From positions 9,555 through 73,554 of the forward strand of contig JBBPYK010000088.1 in NCBI GenBank assembly GCA_038199985.1: a stretch of 64,000 nt of DNA, read 5' to 3'. The stretch is from Actinomycetales bacterium (GTDB lineage: Bacteria > Actinomycetota > Actinomycetes > Actinomycetales > Micrococcaceae). The translations under genes were made by a program, and so were the position numbers. The notes below the pieces were generated by a model. It did not search any database. It worked only from the letters and a program-made list of their open reading frames with translations, and had not been told where the DNA came from. Positions 18,334 through 27,445 of this stretch are shown here, piece by piece (the first letter of the stretch is position 1; every line of letters begins with the position of its first letter).

Positions 18334-18914
18334 GCCAGTCACCAGATGAGATCCGAAGCAATATTGAACAGACCCGAGGCCGCCTTGGCACGGACGTTGA
18401 TGCCGTAGCGGACAAGGTCTCGCCGTCGAATGTTGTCCACCGACAGACAGACAAGGTGAAGAGCAAGCTACACGACGCCAAGGAAGCCGTCATGGGATCG
18501 GGGCACGACGCTGGTCAGTCGGCGTCGGGGACCTCCCAGCAAATGGGTGAAAAGCTCCAGGACGCACCGGATAAGGTAGCGCAGAAGACCAAGGGAAGTC
18601 CGTTGGCCGCTGGGCTCATCGCCTTCGGTGCGGGGCTGCTGGTGTCTTCGCTGATTCCACCGAGCCAGACTGAATCCAAGCTGGCGGATGAGGTTAAAAA
18701 GAAGGCGCAGCCGCTCGTCGACGAGGCGAAAGACAGCGCGAAGCAGGTGGCCGAGGACATGAAGGAGCCTGCCAGGGAAGCTGCCCAAGATGTTAAGGAC
18801 AGTGCGCAACAGGGCGCTGAGAACGTCAAAGCGGAGGGGCAGAGCGCCGCCGACGACGTCAAGGGACGCGCCCAGGAGGGCAAAGACAACATGCAGGATC
18901 ACCGCGATAGTTAG
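18330..18914 (+). CDS. DUF3618 domain protein
   Basis: MSQSPDEIRSNIEQTRGRLGTDVDAVADKVSP is the DUF3618-type N-terminus. It is followed by a TM and then KD/AE-rich LEA-like repeats. ATGA overlap; start at 18330 rather than the ORF-track 18141. Confidence 0.75.
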   Translation: MSQSPDEIRSNIEQTRGRLGTDVDAVADKVSPSNVVHRQTDKVKSKLHDAKEAVMGSGHDAGQSASGTSQQMGEKLQDAPDKVAQKTKGSPLAAGLIAFGAGLLVSSLIPPSQTESKLADEVKKKAQPLVDEAKDSAKQVAEDMKEPAREAAQDVKDSAQQGAENVKAEGQSAADDVKGRAQEGKDNMQDHRDS

Positions 18915-18935
18915 TATTCGCTGAGCCTCTTCCGC

Positions 18936-19004
18936 CGAGGTCACCCCTGAGCCGGCAGATCACCCTTCACAGGGGGTGATCTCGGCCGCTCAGGGGTGAC
19001 CTCG
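18936..19004. repeat. long palindromic intergenic element, copy B (CGAGGTCACCCCTGAGC ... GCTCAGGGGTGACCTCG)
   Basis: 17-bp perfect outer arms at 18936-18952 and 18988-19004, inner arms GATCACCC/GGGTGATC, and a CCCTTCACAGGGG core. The termini CGAGGTCACC/GGTGACCTCG and the core match copy A. Confidence 0.7.
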
Positions 19005-19230
19005 TCCGCGCGAAGGGGTCGTCACGACGGCGTGAATCCCTTGCGCGGACGCGGTTTTGTCTCTGAGCTCAGCGGCGACTAGGATAGTAGGGCGTTAAGT
19101 CACGCACCGTCTTCCCCGCGGCGAGGCACTTCGGCTGGTTCTCACCCCGCCTGGTCAACCTCCGGAAAGTCGCAGTAATAACGGTGTCACAACTGGTGGC
19201 GGTACGCTCCATTGGCAGAAATGTCAGATC

Positions 19231-19259
19231 TTGACACTGCTTATGCGGCCGTCATATTT
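19231..19259 (+). promoter_or_regulatory. candidate sigma-70-type promoter for rpmB-rpmG-rpsN
   Basis: TTGACA at 19231-19236, a 16-17 nt spacer, then CATATT/ATATTT at 19253-19259. TGTCA-GATCT-TGACA inverted repeat overlaps the -35. Confidence 0.35.
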
Positions 19260-19280
19260 ACTACAACTGGAGGAGAGATC

Positions 19281-19517
19281 ATGGCAGCACACTGCCAGGT
19301 GACAGGAGCTCAGCCGGGCTTTGGTCACAGCATTTCGCACTCGCACCGTCGCAATAAGCGTCGGTTCGACCCGAACATTCAGAAGAAGCGTTACTGGGTT
19401 CCGTCCCTGCGTCGTAACGTCACGCTTCAGCTGTCCGTCCGCGGCATCAAAACCATCGACGTCCGCGGTATCGAATCAGTCATCGCAGACTTGCTCGCGA
19501 AGGGTGTGAAGCTCTAG
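19281..19517 (+). CDS. rpmB: 50S ribosomal protein L28
   Basis: [42 protein letters not shown]... ATG at 19281 follows GGAGGAG. Confidence 0.95.
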   Translation: MAAHCQVTGAQPGFGHSISHSHRRNKRRFDPNIQKKRYWVPSLRRNVTLQLSVRGIKTIDVRGIESVIADLLAKGVKL

Positions 19518-19684
19518 TGGCAAAGGACAAGGACGTACGTCCCATCATCAAGTTGAAGTCCACTGCGGGCACCGGGTTCACCTATGTGACCCGTAAGAAT
19601 CGCCGGAATAATCCGGACCGCATGGTTCTGAAAAAGTATGACCCCAAAATCCGTCAGCACGTTGATTTTCGAGAGGAGCGCTAA
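19517..19684 (+). CDS. rpmG: 50S ribosomal protein L33 (Cys-less form)
   Basis: Too short for the ORF track. My translation from GTG 19517 gives [55 protein letters not shown], with stop at 19682-19684. Confidence 0.9.
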   Translation: MAKDKDVRPIIKLKSTAGTGFTYVTRKNRRNNPDRMVLKKYDPKIRQHVDFREER

Positions 19685-19686
19685 GC

Positions 19687-19992
19687 ATGGCTAAGAAGTC
19701 CAAGATTGCACGCAACGAGCAGCGCAAGCTGATCGTCGAGCGTTACGCAGCGAAGCGCCTCGAACTCAAAAAGACGTTGGTTGACGCAAACGCTTCGGAT
19801 GAAGCACGCGAAGAGGCTCGCCTCGGGCTGCAGAAGCTCCCTCGCAACGCTTCACCCATCCGCGTTCGTAACCGCGACCAGATTGATGGCCGTCCGCGCG
19901 GTACGCTTCAGAAGTTCGGCATCTCCCGTGTCCGTTTCCGTGAAATGGCGCACGCTGGCGAACTGCCGGGCATCAAAAAGTCCAGCTGGTAA
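19687..19992 (+). CDS. rpsN: 30S ribosomal protein S14 (long, 101-aa Cys-less form)
   Basis: [14 protein letters not shown]...[43 protein letters not shown]. Confidence 0.95.
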   Translation: MAKKSKIARNEQRKLIVERYAAKRLELKKTLVDANASDEAREEARLGLQKLPRNASPIRVRNRDQIDGRPRGTLQKFGISRVRFREMAHAGELPGIKKSSW

Positions 19993-20015
19993 ACATCAGT
20001 TAGTTCTGTGGATAA

Positions 20016-20046
20016 GGGCGGCGACCGATGGTCGTCGCCCTTTCTG
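20016..20046 (+). terminator. rho-independent terminator after rpsN
   Basis: GGGCGGCGACC-GAT-GGTCGTCGCCC followed by TTTCTGT. Confidence 0.75.
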
Positions 20047-20084
20047 TATCCCGGGGTCCTTGGGCCTGTGCCAGAGGGCCGTTT

Positions 20085-20155
20085 GGCAAAAACGGAGAGA
20101 AAACGGGAAAATTGCCTAAGAAATCGCTGAAAATTGGGCGAATTCCCGAAAATCT
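20085..20155. promoter_or_regulatory. helically phased A-tract array (predicted intrinsically curved DNA) upstream of hup
   Basis: A-tracts start at about 20088, 20100, 20108, 20121, 20130, 20141 and 20149. Mean spacing is about 10.2 bp over seven tracts, in an otherwise GC-rich genome. Confidence 0.6.
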
Positions 20156-20256
20156 ACAGGCCTTTCGACGACAAGCTGGTAAGTTTTCGTCACAGAGGCG
20201 GTTCGCACCCGTGAACCGCTCCGGCTAACAAAGAGTCCAGGAGGACAAAATTGGCT

Positions 20257-20535
20257 ATGAATCGTAGTGAACTGGTATCAGCAGTTGCAGAGAAGTCCGG
20301 AAACAGCCAGACCGCCGTCAACGGTGTTCTGGACGCTGTGTTCGAGGTCTTCGCTAACTCCGTGTCCAACGGCGAAAAGATCACCATCCCCGGTTGGATG
20401 GCAGTGGAGCGCACCGACCGTGCTGCCCGCCAGGGTCGCAACCCGCAGACCGGCGAAACCATTCAGATCGCAGCAGGGCACAGCATCAAGCTGACCGCTG
20501 GCTCCAAGCTGAAGGCCGCTGTCTCCAAGAAGTAG
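20257..20535 (+). CDS. hup: HU family DNA-binding protein
   Basis: MNRSELVSAVAEKSG...GEKITIPGWMAVERTDRAARQGRNPQTGETIQIAAG. AGGAGGA lies upstream. Confidence 0.95.
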   Translation: MNRSELVSAVAEKSGNSQTAVNGVLDAVFEVFANSVSNGEKITIPGWMAVERTDRAARQGRNPQTGETIQIAAGHSIKLTAGSKLKAAVSKK

Positions 20536-20550
20536 TTTCTTCTAGTCTTT

Positions 20551-20593
20551 CAGCAGGGCCGCACCCATCCCGGGTAGCGGCCCTGCTGGGTTT
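20551..20593 (+). terminator. rho-independent terminator after hup
   Basis: CAGCAGGGCCGC (20551-20562) pairs with GCGGCCCTGCTG (20577-20588), followed by GGTTT. Confidence 0.7.
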
Positions 20594-20658
20594 AAGCGGT
20601 CAGAGGAGAACACTCCCTCTGATTCGCGCTATTTCTACAGCGGGTAGACAATAGTTGT

Positions 20659-22785
20659 GTGGTGCAGACAACCAGCAAACCCAAGGCTCCAGCAGCCGTT
20701 AGCGTGCGCTCTGGCGTGACGCGGCGATGGTTTGGCGTCAGCGGAGCCGTTCTAGTCATTGCGCTCGCTGTGTCGCTGTTCTACACCGGCGCAGCTGCAC
20801 CCCGGGGCCTTTCAGACCCCGGGACGCTCACTCGATGGGCACTTCCGGTTTCCAAGGCCGTTCACAACATCGCTCTGTCTGCCGTGATTGGGTCACTGAT
20901 TTTCGCTGTTGGAATTCTCCCGCGGCAGTTGACCTGGTCCGGCAATCGCCGGAAAGATGCTGATGACGACGGCGGCGGGGAGCACCCAGCATTTACGCGC
21001 ACCATGACGCTGGCCTCTGGTGCAGCGGTCCTCTGGACGTTATCTGCGCTGTCCGTCATGGTGCTCACATATTCGGATGTGGCTGGCATCCCGCTCAGCG
21101 GAAACCCCAGCTTCACGGAGGGCTTGCTCGCTTACCTCACGGACTTTTCCACCGGTAGGGCGTGGCTATCAGAGTCCATTCTTGCCGCGATAGTCGCAAC
21201 GCTTACCTTCGGCGTCCGAAACCTCACTGGACTTGCACTGACGACGATTCTGGCGTTCGGATCCCTGGTGCCGCTCTCGCTCATCGGCCACTCTGCCGGG
21301 GGCGATGACCACTACGGCGCCGTCAACTCGATCGCACTGCATCTGCTCGGGGTGACCGCCTGGGTGGGTGGCATCATCGTTCTGGCCGTCATCGCGCCCA
21401 AGCTTTCCGCCGGTGCCGCCCAAACGTTCTCTGGATCCGCTGCTCCCCGTCCCACGGACCGGGATATCACCACCAGTGTTCTTCGCCGCTTCTCAACCTT
21501 GGCCGGACTCGCGTTTGCACTGGTCTTCTTTTCGGGTGTGATCAACGCGTCCATCCGCATGACTGATCTGTCACAGCTTGGAACCGAGTGGGGTTCACTG
21601 GTGGCTATCAAGGCCGCTGGGACCATCCTTCTCGGCGTTATCGGCTATCTCCACCGTCAGTGGATCATCCCGCAGCTAGACGTTCGGAAGTCCGCCAAAG
21701 CTGTTCTGTGGCAGTTGATCACTGTGGAACTGGTCATCATGGCAGCCGTCTCAGGGGTGGCCGTCGCACTGGCAAGAACGGCGCCTCCTGTCCCTGAAGA
21801 ACTACAGCCGGATGCCACACCGGCCCGTATCTTGACCGGCTACGAGCTCCCGCCAGAGTTGACCCCCGAACGCTGGCTCACGGTTTGGCGTTGGGACTGG
21901 CTCTGGGTCGCTTTCGCCGTGATCGTCGCCGTCGCCTACATAGCGGGAATTTTGAAGGTACGACGACGCGGCGATAGCTGGTCGGTCCTACGCACTATCG
22001 CGTGGATGGTGGGACTTGTCGGGCTCACCTACGTGACATCCGGCGCTCCTGCTGTGTACGGCATGGTGCTGTTCAGCGCGCACATGGTGGGGCATATGGC
22101 GTTGACCATGATGGTGCCACTGTTCCTGGTTCTCGGCGCTCCTGTGACGCTTGCACTGAAAGCGCTGACACCGCGGCGGGACGGCACGCGCGGTATCCGC
22201 GAATGGATTCTCGTGGCCGTGCACTCGCGGTTTTCGCGTCTTGTGACCCACCCGCTCTTCGCCGCCGCGAACTTCGCGGGATCCATCATTATTTTCTACT
22301 ATTCGCCCTTGTTTGGTCTTGCTTTGAGATATCACGCGGGCCATGAGCTGATGAACCTGCACTTCTTATGGACTGGGTACCTCTTTATCCTGAGCATGAT
22401 CGGCTCGGACCCGGTTCCTAAGCGTGCACCGTACCCGCTGCGTTTGCTGCTCCTGTTCGCTACGATGGCCTTCCACGCGTTCTTTGGTGTTGCTCTCATG
22501 GGTGCAACCTCGCTCCTGCAAGCTTCCTGGTTCGGGAACATGGGGCGCGAGTGGGGGCCGTCTGCACTCGCCGATCAGCAGCTCGGCGGAGCGGTGACGT
22601 GGGGGATCGGCGAAATCCCCACTCTCGCCGTTGCACTGGGCGTCGCTCTCATGTGGTCCCGCCGCGATGCCCGTGAACGCAAGCGGGTGGACCGGGCGGC
22701 GGAGCGAAACAACGAGGCCGAACTCAACGCGTACAACGACATGTTCGCGCAGCTGCAGGAACGCGACCGGCAGCACGGCCTGTGA
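20659..22785 (+). CDS. bifunctional CopD-domain / cytochrome c oxidase assembly factor CtaG-domain membrane protein
   Basis: 708-aa polytopic protein. The N-terminal half is CopD-like. The C-terminal half carries caa3-CtaG-like HMVGHMALTMMVPLFLVLGAP and HELMNLHFLWTGYLF. Confidence 0.75.
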   Translation: MVQTTSKPKAPAAVSVRSGVTRRWFGVSGAVLVIALAVSLFYTGAAAPRGLSDPGTLTRWALPVSKAVHNIALSAVIGSLIFAVGILPRQLTWSGNRRKDADDDGGGEHPAFTRTMTLASGAAVLWTLSALSVMVLTYSDVAGIPLSGNPSFTEGLLAYLTDFSTGRAWLSESILAAIVATLTFGVRNLTGLALTTILAFGSLVPLSLIGHSAGGDDHYGAVNSIALHLLGVTAWVGGIIVLAVIAPKLSAGAAQTFSGSAAPRPTDRDITTSVLRRFSTLAGLAFALVFFSGVINASIRMTDLSQLGTEWGSLVAIKAAGTILLGVIGYLHRQWIIPQLDVRKSAKAVLWQLITVELVIMAAVSGVAVALARTAPPVPEELQPDATPARILTGYELPPELTPERWLTVWRWDWLWVAFAVIVAVAYIAGILKVRRRGDSWSVLRTIAWMVGLVGLTYVTSGAPAVYGMVLFSAHMVGHMALTMMVPLFLVLGAPVTLALKALTPRRDGTRGIREWILVAVHSRFSRLVTHPLFAAANFAGSIIIFYYSPLFGLALRYHAGHELMNLHFLWTGYLFILSMIGSDPVPKRAPYPLRLLLLFATMAFHAFFGVALMGATSLLQASWFGNMGREWGPSALADQQLGGAVTWGIGEIPTLAVALGVALMWSRRDARERKRVDRAAERNNEAELNAYNDMFAQLQERDRQHGL

Positions 22786-22910
22786 CGTAGATCCCCACTG
22801 TGACGCGGTGGGTGCAACAAAAATTGTCGGCTGGAATAGCGCCGACCCGATAATGGTTGCTTGTGATGTCCTGTGCTCTACAAGAGCCTGTGCTGGCGAA
22901 AAGGAAGTCA

Positions 22911-24926
22911 ATGCGCAATAACTATCGTGTCCGGGCGTCCGAGCTTGTGGGCCGTGGCTGGTTGAACACCGGAGGCAAGGAAGTCACTCTTGCGGACCTC
23001 CGTGGCAAGATCGTCTTACTCGATTTCTGGACGTTCTGCTGTATCAACTGTTTGCACGTCTTGGATGAGCTACGGCCCCTGGAGGAGAAGTACCCCGATG
23101 TTCTGGTGACGGTCGGTGTCCATTCCCCAAAATTTGAGCACGAGGCCGATCCTGAGGCCCTGGCCGCTGCCGTTGAACGCTACGAGATTGGCCATCCCGT
23201 CCTCGACGATCCCGAGCTGGCCACCTGGCAGGCCTACACTGCTCGTGCCTGGCCCACTCTCGTCGTTATCGACCCTGAGGGTTACATCGTGGCGCACCTA
23301 GCCGGTGAGGGGCACGCTCACGGGCTGGACACGCTCGTTTCGGAGCTTGTTGCCGAGCATGAGGCGAAAGGAACGCTCCATCGCGGCGATGGCCCTTACG
23401 TTCCGACCGAGACCACCGCCGGAGACCTACGGTTTCCCGGCAAAGCAGTGGCACTCCCGAGTGGCTCCTTTCTCGTGGCTGACACCGGCCACCACCGCCT
23501 CGTCGAGCTGGATAAAGACCTCTCCACTGTTCTGCGTACCGTCGGTTCAGGAGAACGTGGATGGCTGGACGGCGAAGCCGAAACAGCGCAGTTCAGTGAA
23601 CCTCAGGGTCTCGCGCTGCTGCCCGATGAGGTGGCACAGCAGACGGGATATGATCTCGTCGTCGCCGACTCAGTGAACCATCGACTGCGCGGCGTCTCAC
23701 TGTCCACGGGCACCGTGATCACCATCGCTGGCAACGGCATCCAGCGGCTCCTGGACCCAGGCAACCACACAGGGGCCTCAGAGCTCTCGGAGGCCGGACA
23801 GCCAACCGATGTCGGCGCTGGCTCCGCGAGCGTACCTGCGGGCGAATCCGAAGATAACCTCACCTTCGATTCCGGTGAGCCACGACTCACGGAGATGTCT
23901 CTTGGCGCCGACCCACTCAACCTGGCCCTGTCCTCCCCGTGGGATGTCCTCTGGTCCAAAGCACTCAGCCGAGTTGTCATCGCCATGGCTGGAACGCACC
24001 AGCTGTTCAGCTTTGACCCGGTGAGCGAAGGTATTGAGATTGTGGCGGGAACGGGCTTGGAAGGGCTGCTCGACGGCGATGCGAGTGTCGCCTGGTTTGC
24101 TCAGCCGTCTGGGCTTTCGGAGGATTCGGCGGGCAACATCTGGGTAGCCGACGCGGAAACGTCTGCCGTCCGTAGACTCACTGTTCAGTCGTCCATCCCG
24201 GGTGTCCGCGTAGAAACCGTTGCGGGAACGGGGCTGTTCGATTTTGGTTTCCGCGACGGTCCGGGTGAGACGTCACGCTTCCAGCACCCGCTGGGCGTCG
24301 CCGGCCTGCCGGATGGTTCCGTGGCGATTGCGGACACTTACAATGGGGCCATTCGCCGCTACGATCCCGCAACCGGGAAAGTCTCCACGTTGATCCGGGG
24401 CCTGTCCGAGCCCTCAGACGTGCTTGTCGACCTCACGCCGACAGAATCAGGTGGTGCACCGCTACTGATTGTGGTGGAAACCAACAAACACGAACTAGTC
24501 CGGGTTCCACTGCCCAAGGAAGCACTTGCCGTCGATGAGGGCGCGTTGAGCACCCAGCGACCACGCTCTACCCTCTCTGGCGAGCCTGTTGGCCTCAGCG
24601 TCCGTTTCTCAGCACCAACCGGTCAGAAGCTCGACGACCGCTGGGGTGATCCCACCCAGCTGAAGATATCGGCCTCCCCAGAGGAGCTCTTGGTTTCCGG
24701 TGGCGGAACGTCGACCGGGCTGTTCCGTGAAGTTGTCCTTGCCCCTGACATCGCCGAGGGTGTTCTGCACATTACCGCCCGCGCTGCGGCGTGCGACGGC
24801 GCTCCCGGGGGCGACATCCCGGACCATGCGGCCTGTCACCTGTATCAGCAGGACTGGGGTATCCCCGTGATCGTGGCCGATGGCGGCGATACCGAGCTAG
24901 TCCTGGAGCTACGCGGAATGAGTTAG
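22911..24926 (+). CDS. thioredoxin-like (redoxin) domain fused to NHL-repeat beta-propeller protein
   Basis: LLDFWTFCCINCLHVLDEL (a CxxC redoxin), then repeated ...ADTGHHRLV / ADSVNHRLRGV / ADAETSAVRRL / ADTYNGAIRRY NHL-type blades. Confidence 0.8.
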   Translation: MRNNYRVRASELVGRGWLNTGGKEVTLADLRGKIVLLDFWTFCCINCLHVLDELRPLEEKYPDVLVTVGVHSPKFEHEADPEALAAAVERYEIGHPVLDDPELATWQAYTARAWPTLVVIDPEGYIVAHLAGEGHAHGLDTLVSELVAEHEAKGTLHRGDGPYVPTETTAGDLRFPGKAVALPSGSFLVADTGHHRLVELDKDLSTVLRTVGSGERGWLDGEAETAQFSEPQGLALLPDEVAQQTGYDLVVADSVNHRLRGVSLSTGTVITIAGNGIQRLLDPGNHTGASELSEAGQPTDVGAGSASVPAGESEDNLTFDSGEPRLTEMSLGADPLNLALSSPWDVLWSKALSRVVIAMAGTHQLFSFDPVSEGIEIVAGTGLEGLLDGDASVAWFAQPSGLSEDSAGNIWVADAETSAVRRLTVQSSIPGVRVETVAGTGLFDFGFRDGPGETSRFQHPLGVAGLPDGSVAIADTYNGAIRRYDPATGKVSTLIRGLSEPSDVLVDLTPTESGGAPLLIVVETNKHELVRVPLPKEALAVDEGALSTQRPRSTLSGEPVGLSVRFSAPTGQKLDDRWGDPTQLKISASPEELLVSGGGTSTGLFREVVLAPDIAEGVLHITARAAACDGAPGGDIPDHAACHLYQQDWGIPVIVADGGDTELVLELRGMS

Positions 24927-25056
24927 TTCCCGCGGTGCCTGTCCCGCTTTGCGGACTTCCAGGTCCATCGTGCGTTGTCAGCTGGGGGACACGCCGTCGG
25001 GCGTGGTCAAAGAAGGATGGAGTCCGTGACGACGGCGGCCGTAGCTCTCCAGCACA

Positions 25057-26040
25057 TCAGTACTCGACAACCGGGGTGACGGTGATGTTGGAGTCTGTCA
25101 CGTTGAGGCGAGCGGTAAAGCTGAAATGCGATTCTATGTTTAGCGGGAGGACCTGGCCGGTGAAGAGGTCCTGCTGAGTGGTGGTCAGGAGCGCAGTTCC
25201 GGAGAGCGGGCGCATGATCCAGTTGCCGTCGTTTGGTTCAATGACGATCTCGGGGTACTCGGTGATGTTCCACTTAATGTTGCCAACGATCCGGTTCTCC
25301 GTGTCGAAGTAGAAGGGGCAGCCGGCTGGCTGGAGAACGTTCTGGACGGCGCATTCATCGAGGAAATTCCTAACCTGTTGACCAACGTCAGCGCGGAGTT
25401 TGTCTGTTGCGCGGGTGGCCAGCGCTATCCGGTCTTTGTCCTGCCGCGTGGCGACAACGGTGCTTTGCGCAGGCGCGGCAAAGTACTCGCTGGTGTAGTG
25501 GCTCTCGTACTTGCCCGGATAGAAGACGGCGAATGAGTTCCTTCCCTCTGGCATGGCTACGGTGGTTCCGTTGAGGGTGGCCGTGTCCTGATTGATCACT
25601 GATAGCTGCATCGTCGGTAGGGGTGCGGCTACAAATTTCCAGGTGTCGAAGAACAACCAGCGCGTGCCAGTGTTCTCAAGGGTGTAACTGCTGTTGGATT
25701 CCACGTTGTCAACGGTGTAGGTTACGGGCACAAGGACCCGGTTCCCGCTGGATGCTTCCGGATCCCCGATCTTGAGATTGTCGATGGATTCAGCGGCTGA
25801 CTTGAGCGCCGGGCCATCGAGCATCGACGGGTTGGCCTTGGGCGCCGGAGCATTGAGTATGCCGAGGGCTTTCTCGCCGCTGCCGTCCTTGAGCGCTTCA
25901 AAATAGTGCCGAATCTGCTGCTCGGGTCCGAAAACGCGGCTGTTGACCAAGAAAATGGTGAGCGCACTGACGGCCACGGCAAGTAAGAGCGCCAGCAACC
26001 ATGCTGTGAGCACTCTGATCAGCGGGGAATTAGCCTGCAC
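25057..26040 (-). CDS. hypothetical membrane-anchored extracytoplasmic protein
   Basis: N-terminal TM LTAWLLALLLAVAVSALTIFLV, then a beta-rich domain. I recognise no family. Confidence 0.6.
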   Translation of the reverse strand: MQANSPLIRVLTAWLLALLLAVAVSALTIFLVNSRVFGPEQQIRHYFEALKDGSGEKALGILNAPAPKANPSMLDGPALKSAAESIDNLKIGDPEASSGNRVLVPVTYTVDNVESNSSYTLENTGTRWLFFDTWKFVAAPLPTMQLSVINQDTATLNGTTVAMPEGRNSFAVFYPGKYESHYTSEYFAAPAQSTVVATRQDKDRIALATRATDKLRADVGQQVRNFLDECAVQNVLQPAGCPFYFDTENRIVGNIKWNITEYPEIVIEPNDGNWIMRPLSGTALLTTTQQDLFTGQVLPLNIESHFSFTARLNVTDSNITVTPVVEY

Positions 26041-26102
26041 GCTCCTGCAATTCCTGTTGATTTGGACACTATTTCGGCAGTCTATCCCTTAGCGCTCAAG
26101 CG

Positions 26103-26131
26103 CTGGGGAAGCGCGCCGCACGCTTCCCCAG
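26103..26131 (-). terminator. hairpin downstream of sugC
   Basis: CTGGGGAAGCG / CGCTTCCCCAG 11-bp stem, 7-nt loop, no clear U-tract. Confidence 0.35.
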
Positions 26132-26161
26132 CCTCGTGGAACCCGGGTCCAACAGCCGAGG

Positions 26162-27424
26162 TCAGGATGCGGCGCTTGCCTCGTTTCTGGCGGCGTCGAT
26201 TTCGTCTGCCCGCTCAGCGTTGGCCTCTTCGGTCAGCCGGGAGCCCTCTTCGGCGTCACGGGTTAGGTTCTCCCCGGTTTCGGCGTCGAACAGGTGCAGT
26301 TTGCGGGTATCCAGCCAGAGTTCGGCGGGCCGTCCGCCTCGGATCCGGCTGGAGGCATCGAGGGTAACCACCACTTGGGGGCGTAGCTCGTCGGCGTCCA
26401 TGTCGCGGGCAAGGTTATCCAGCAATTCACGCACTTCCGGTGCAGGGTCAAAGTGGATGTAGCCGTACTGTTCGTTACCGAGCCACTCGGTGTGCGTTAG
26501 TTCTGCGGTGAACGTAGAGCCGTGGCCGAGCTTGTGGTCTTCGACGAGGGAGGCGTCCTCAAAGAACTCCGGGCGGATACCCACCAGGATAACGTCGCGT
26601 CCGTTTGCCTTTGCCGCCTTCTCCGGGGGGATCTCGATGTCGCCAATGGCTGTCCGGATGACGTTGCCGTCGATGGTCGCCGGGAGCAAGTTCATAGACG
26701 GGGAGCCGATGAACCCGGCAACAAACATGTTGACAGGCTGTTCATAGAGTTCACGCGGCGATGCGATCTGCTGTAGTTCACCTTTCTTGAGGACGGCGAC
26801 CCTGTCGCCGAGTGTCATGGCTTCCGTCTGGTCGTGTGTCACGTAGACGGACGTGGTTCCCAGCCTGCGCTGCATCTGCGATATTTCTGAGCGCATCTGT
26901 CCGCGGAGCTTCGCATCGAGGTTCGATAGTGGCTCATCGAAGAGGAACGCATCGGCTTTCCGGACGATGGCGCGGCCCATCGCGACACGCTGTCGCTGCC
27001 CTCCAGAGAGGTTGGCTGGCTTCCGGTCCAGGTGATCCGTCAACTCGAGGGTTCTAGCGGCCTCTTCAACGAGACGTTTGATCTCCTCTTCCTTACCCTT
27101 CCCTTTACCAAGCCGCAACGGGAACGCGATGTTCTCAAAAACTGTCAGATGGGGGTAGAGCGCGTAGTTCTGGAACACCATGGCCAGGTTGCGGTCCTTC
27201 GGCGCTTTCTCGTTGACACGCTCGCCGTCGATCATCACGTCGCCGGAGGTTATGTCTTCCAGTCCCACGATCATGCGCAGCAGCGTGGATTTGCCGCAGC
27301 CGGAAGGGCCCACGAGGATCACGAACTCGCCATCAGCGATGTCGATGCTGATGTCATTGACCGCGGGAAAGCCGTCCCCGTACTTTTTGACGATGTTTTT
27401 GAGGGTGATTGCAGCCATGCTCAA
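26162..27424 (-). CDS. sugC: sugar ABC transporter ATP-binding protein (SugC/MsiK/MalK-like)
   Basis: Walker A GPSGCGKST, LSGGQRQRVAMGRAI, FLFDEPLSNLDAKLR, and a MalK-type regulatory domain plus an acidic C-terminal tail. Confidence 0.85.
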   Translation of the reverse strand: MSMAAITLKNIVKKYGDGFPAVNDISIDIADGEFVILVGPSGCGKSTLLRMIVGLEDITSGDVMIDGERVNEKAPKDRNLAMVFQNYALYPHLTVFENIAFPLRLGKGKGKEEEIKRLVEEAARTLELTDHLDRKPANLSGGQRQRVAMGRAIVRKADAFLFDEPLSNLDAKLRGQMRSEISQMQRRLGTTSVYVTHDQTEAMTLGDRVAVLKKGELQQIASPRELYEQPVNMFVAGFIGSPSMNLLPATIDGNVIRTAIGDIEIPPEKAAKANGRDVILVGIRPEFFEDASLVEDHKLGHGSTFTAELTHTEWLGNEQYGYIHFDPAPEVRELLDNLARDMDADELRPQVVVTLDASSRIRGGRPAELWLDTRKLHLFDAETGENLTRDAEEGSRLTEEANAERADEIDAARNEASAAS

Positions 27425-27445
27425 TCCTTTTCTGTGAGTAGGGCG

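Noticed and set aside
19020-19280. Zur box upstream of the Cys-less ribosomal protein cluster
   Set aside because: I looked for an AT-rich TGAAAATGATTTTCA-like palindrome and did not see one by eye. A matrix scan would be needed to be sure.
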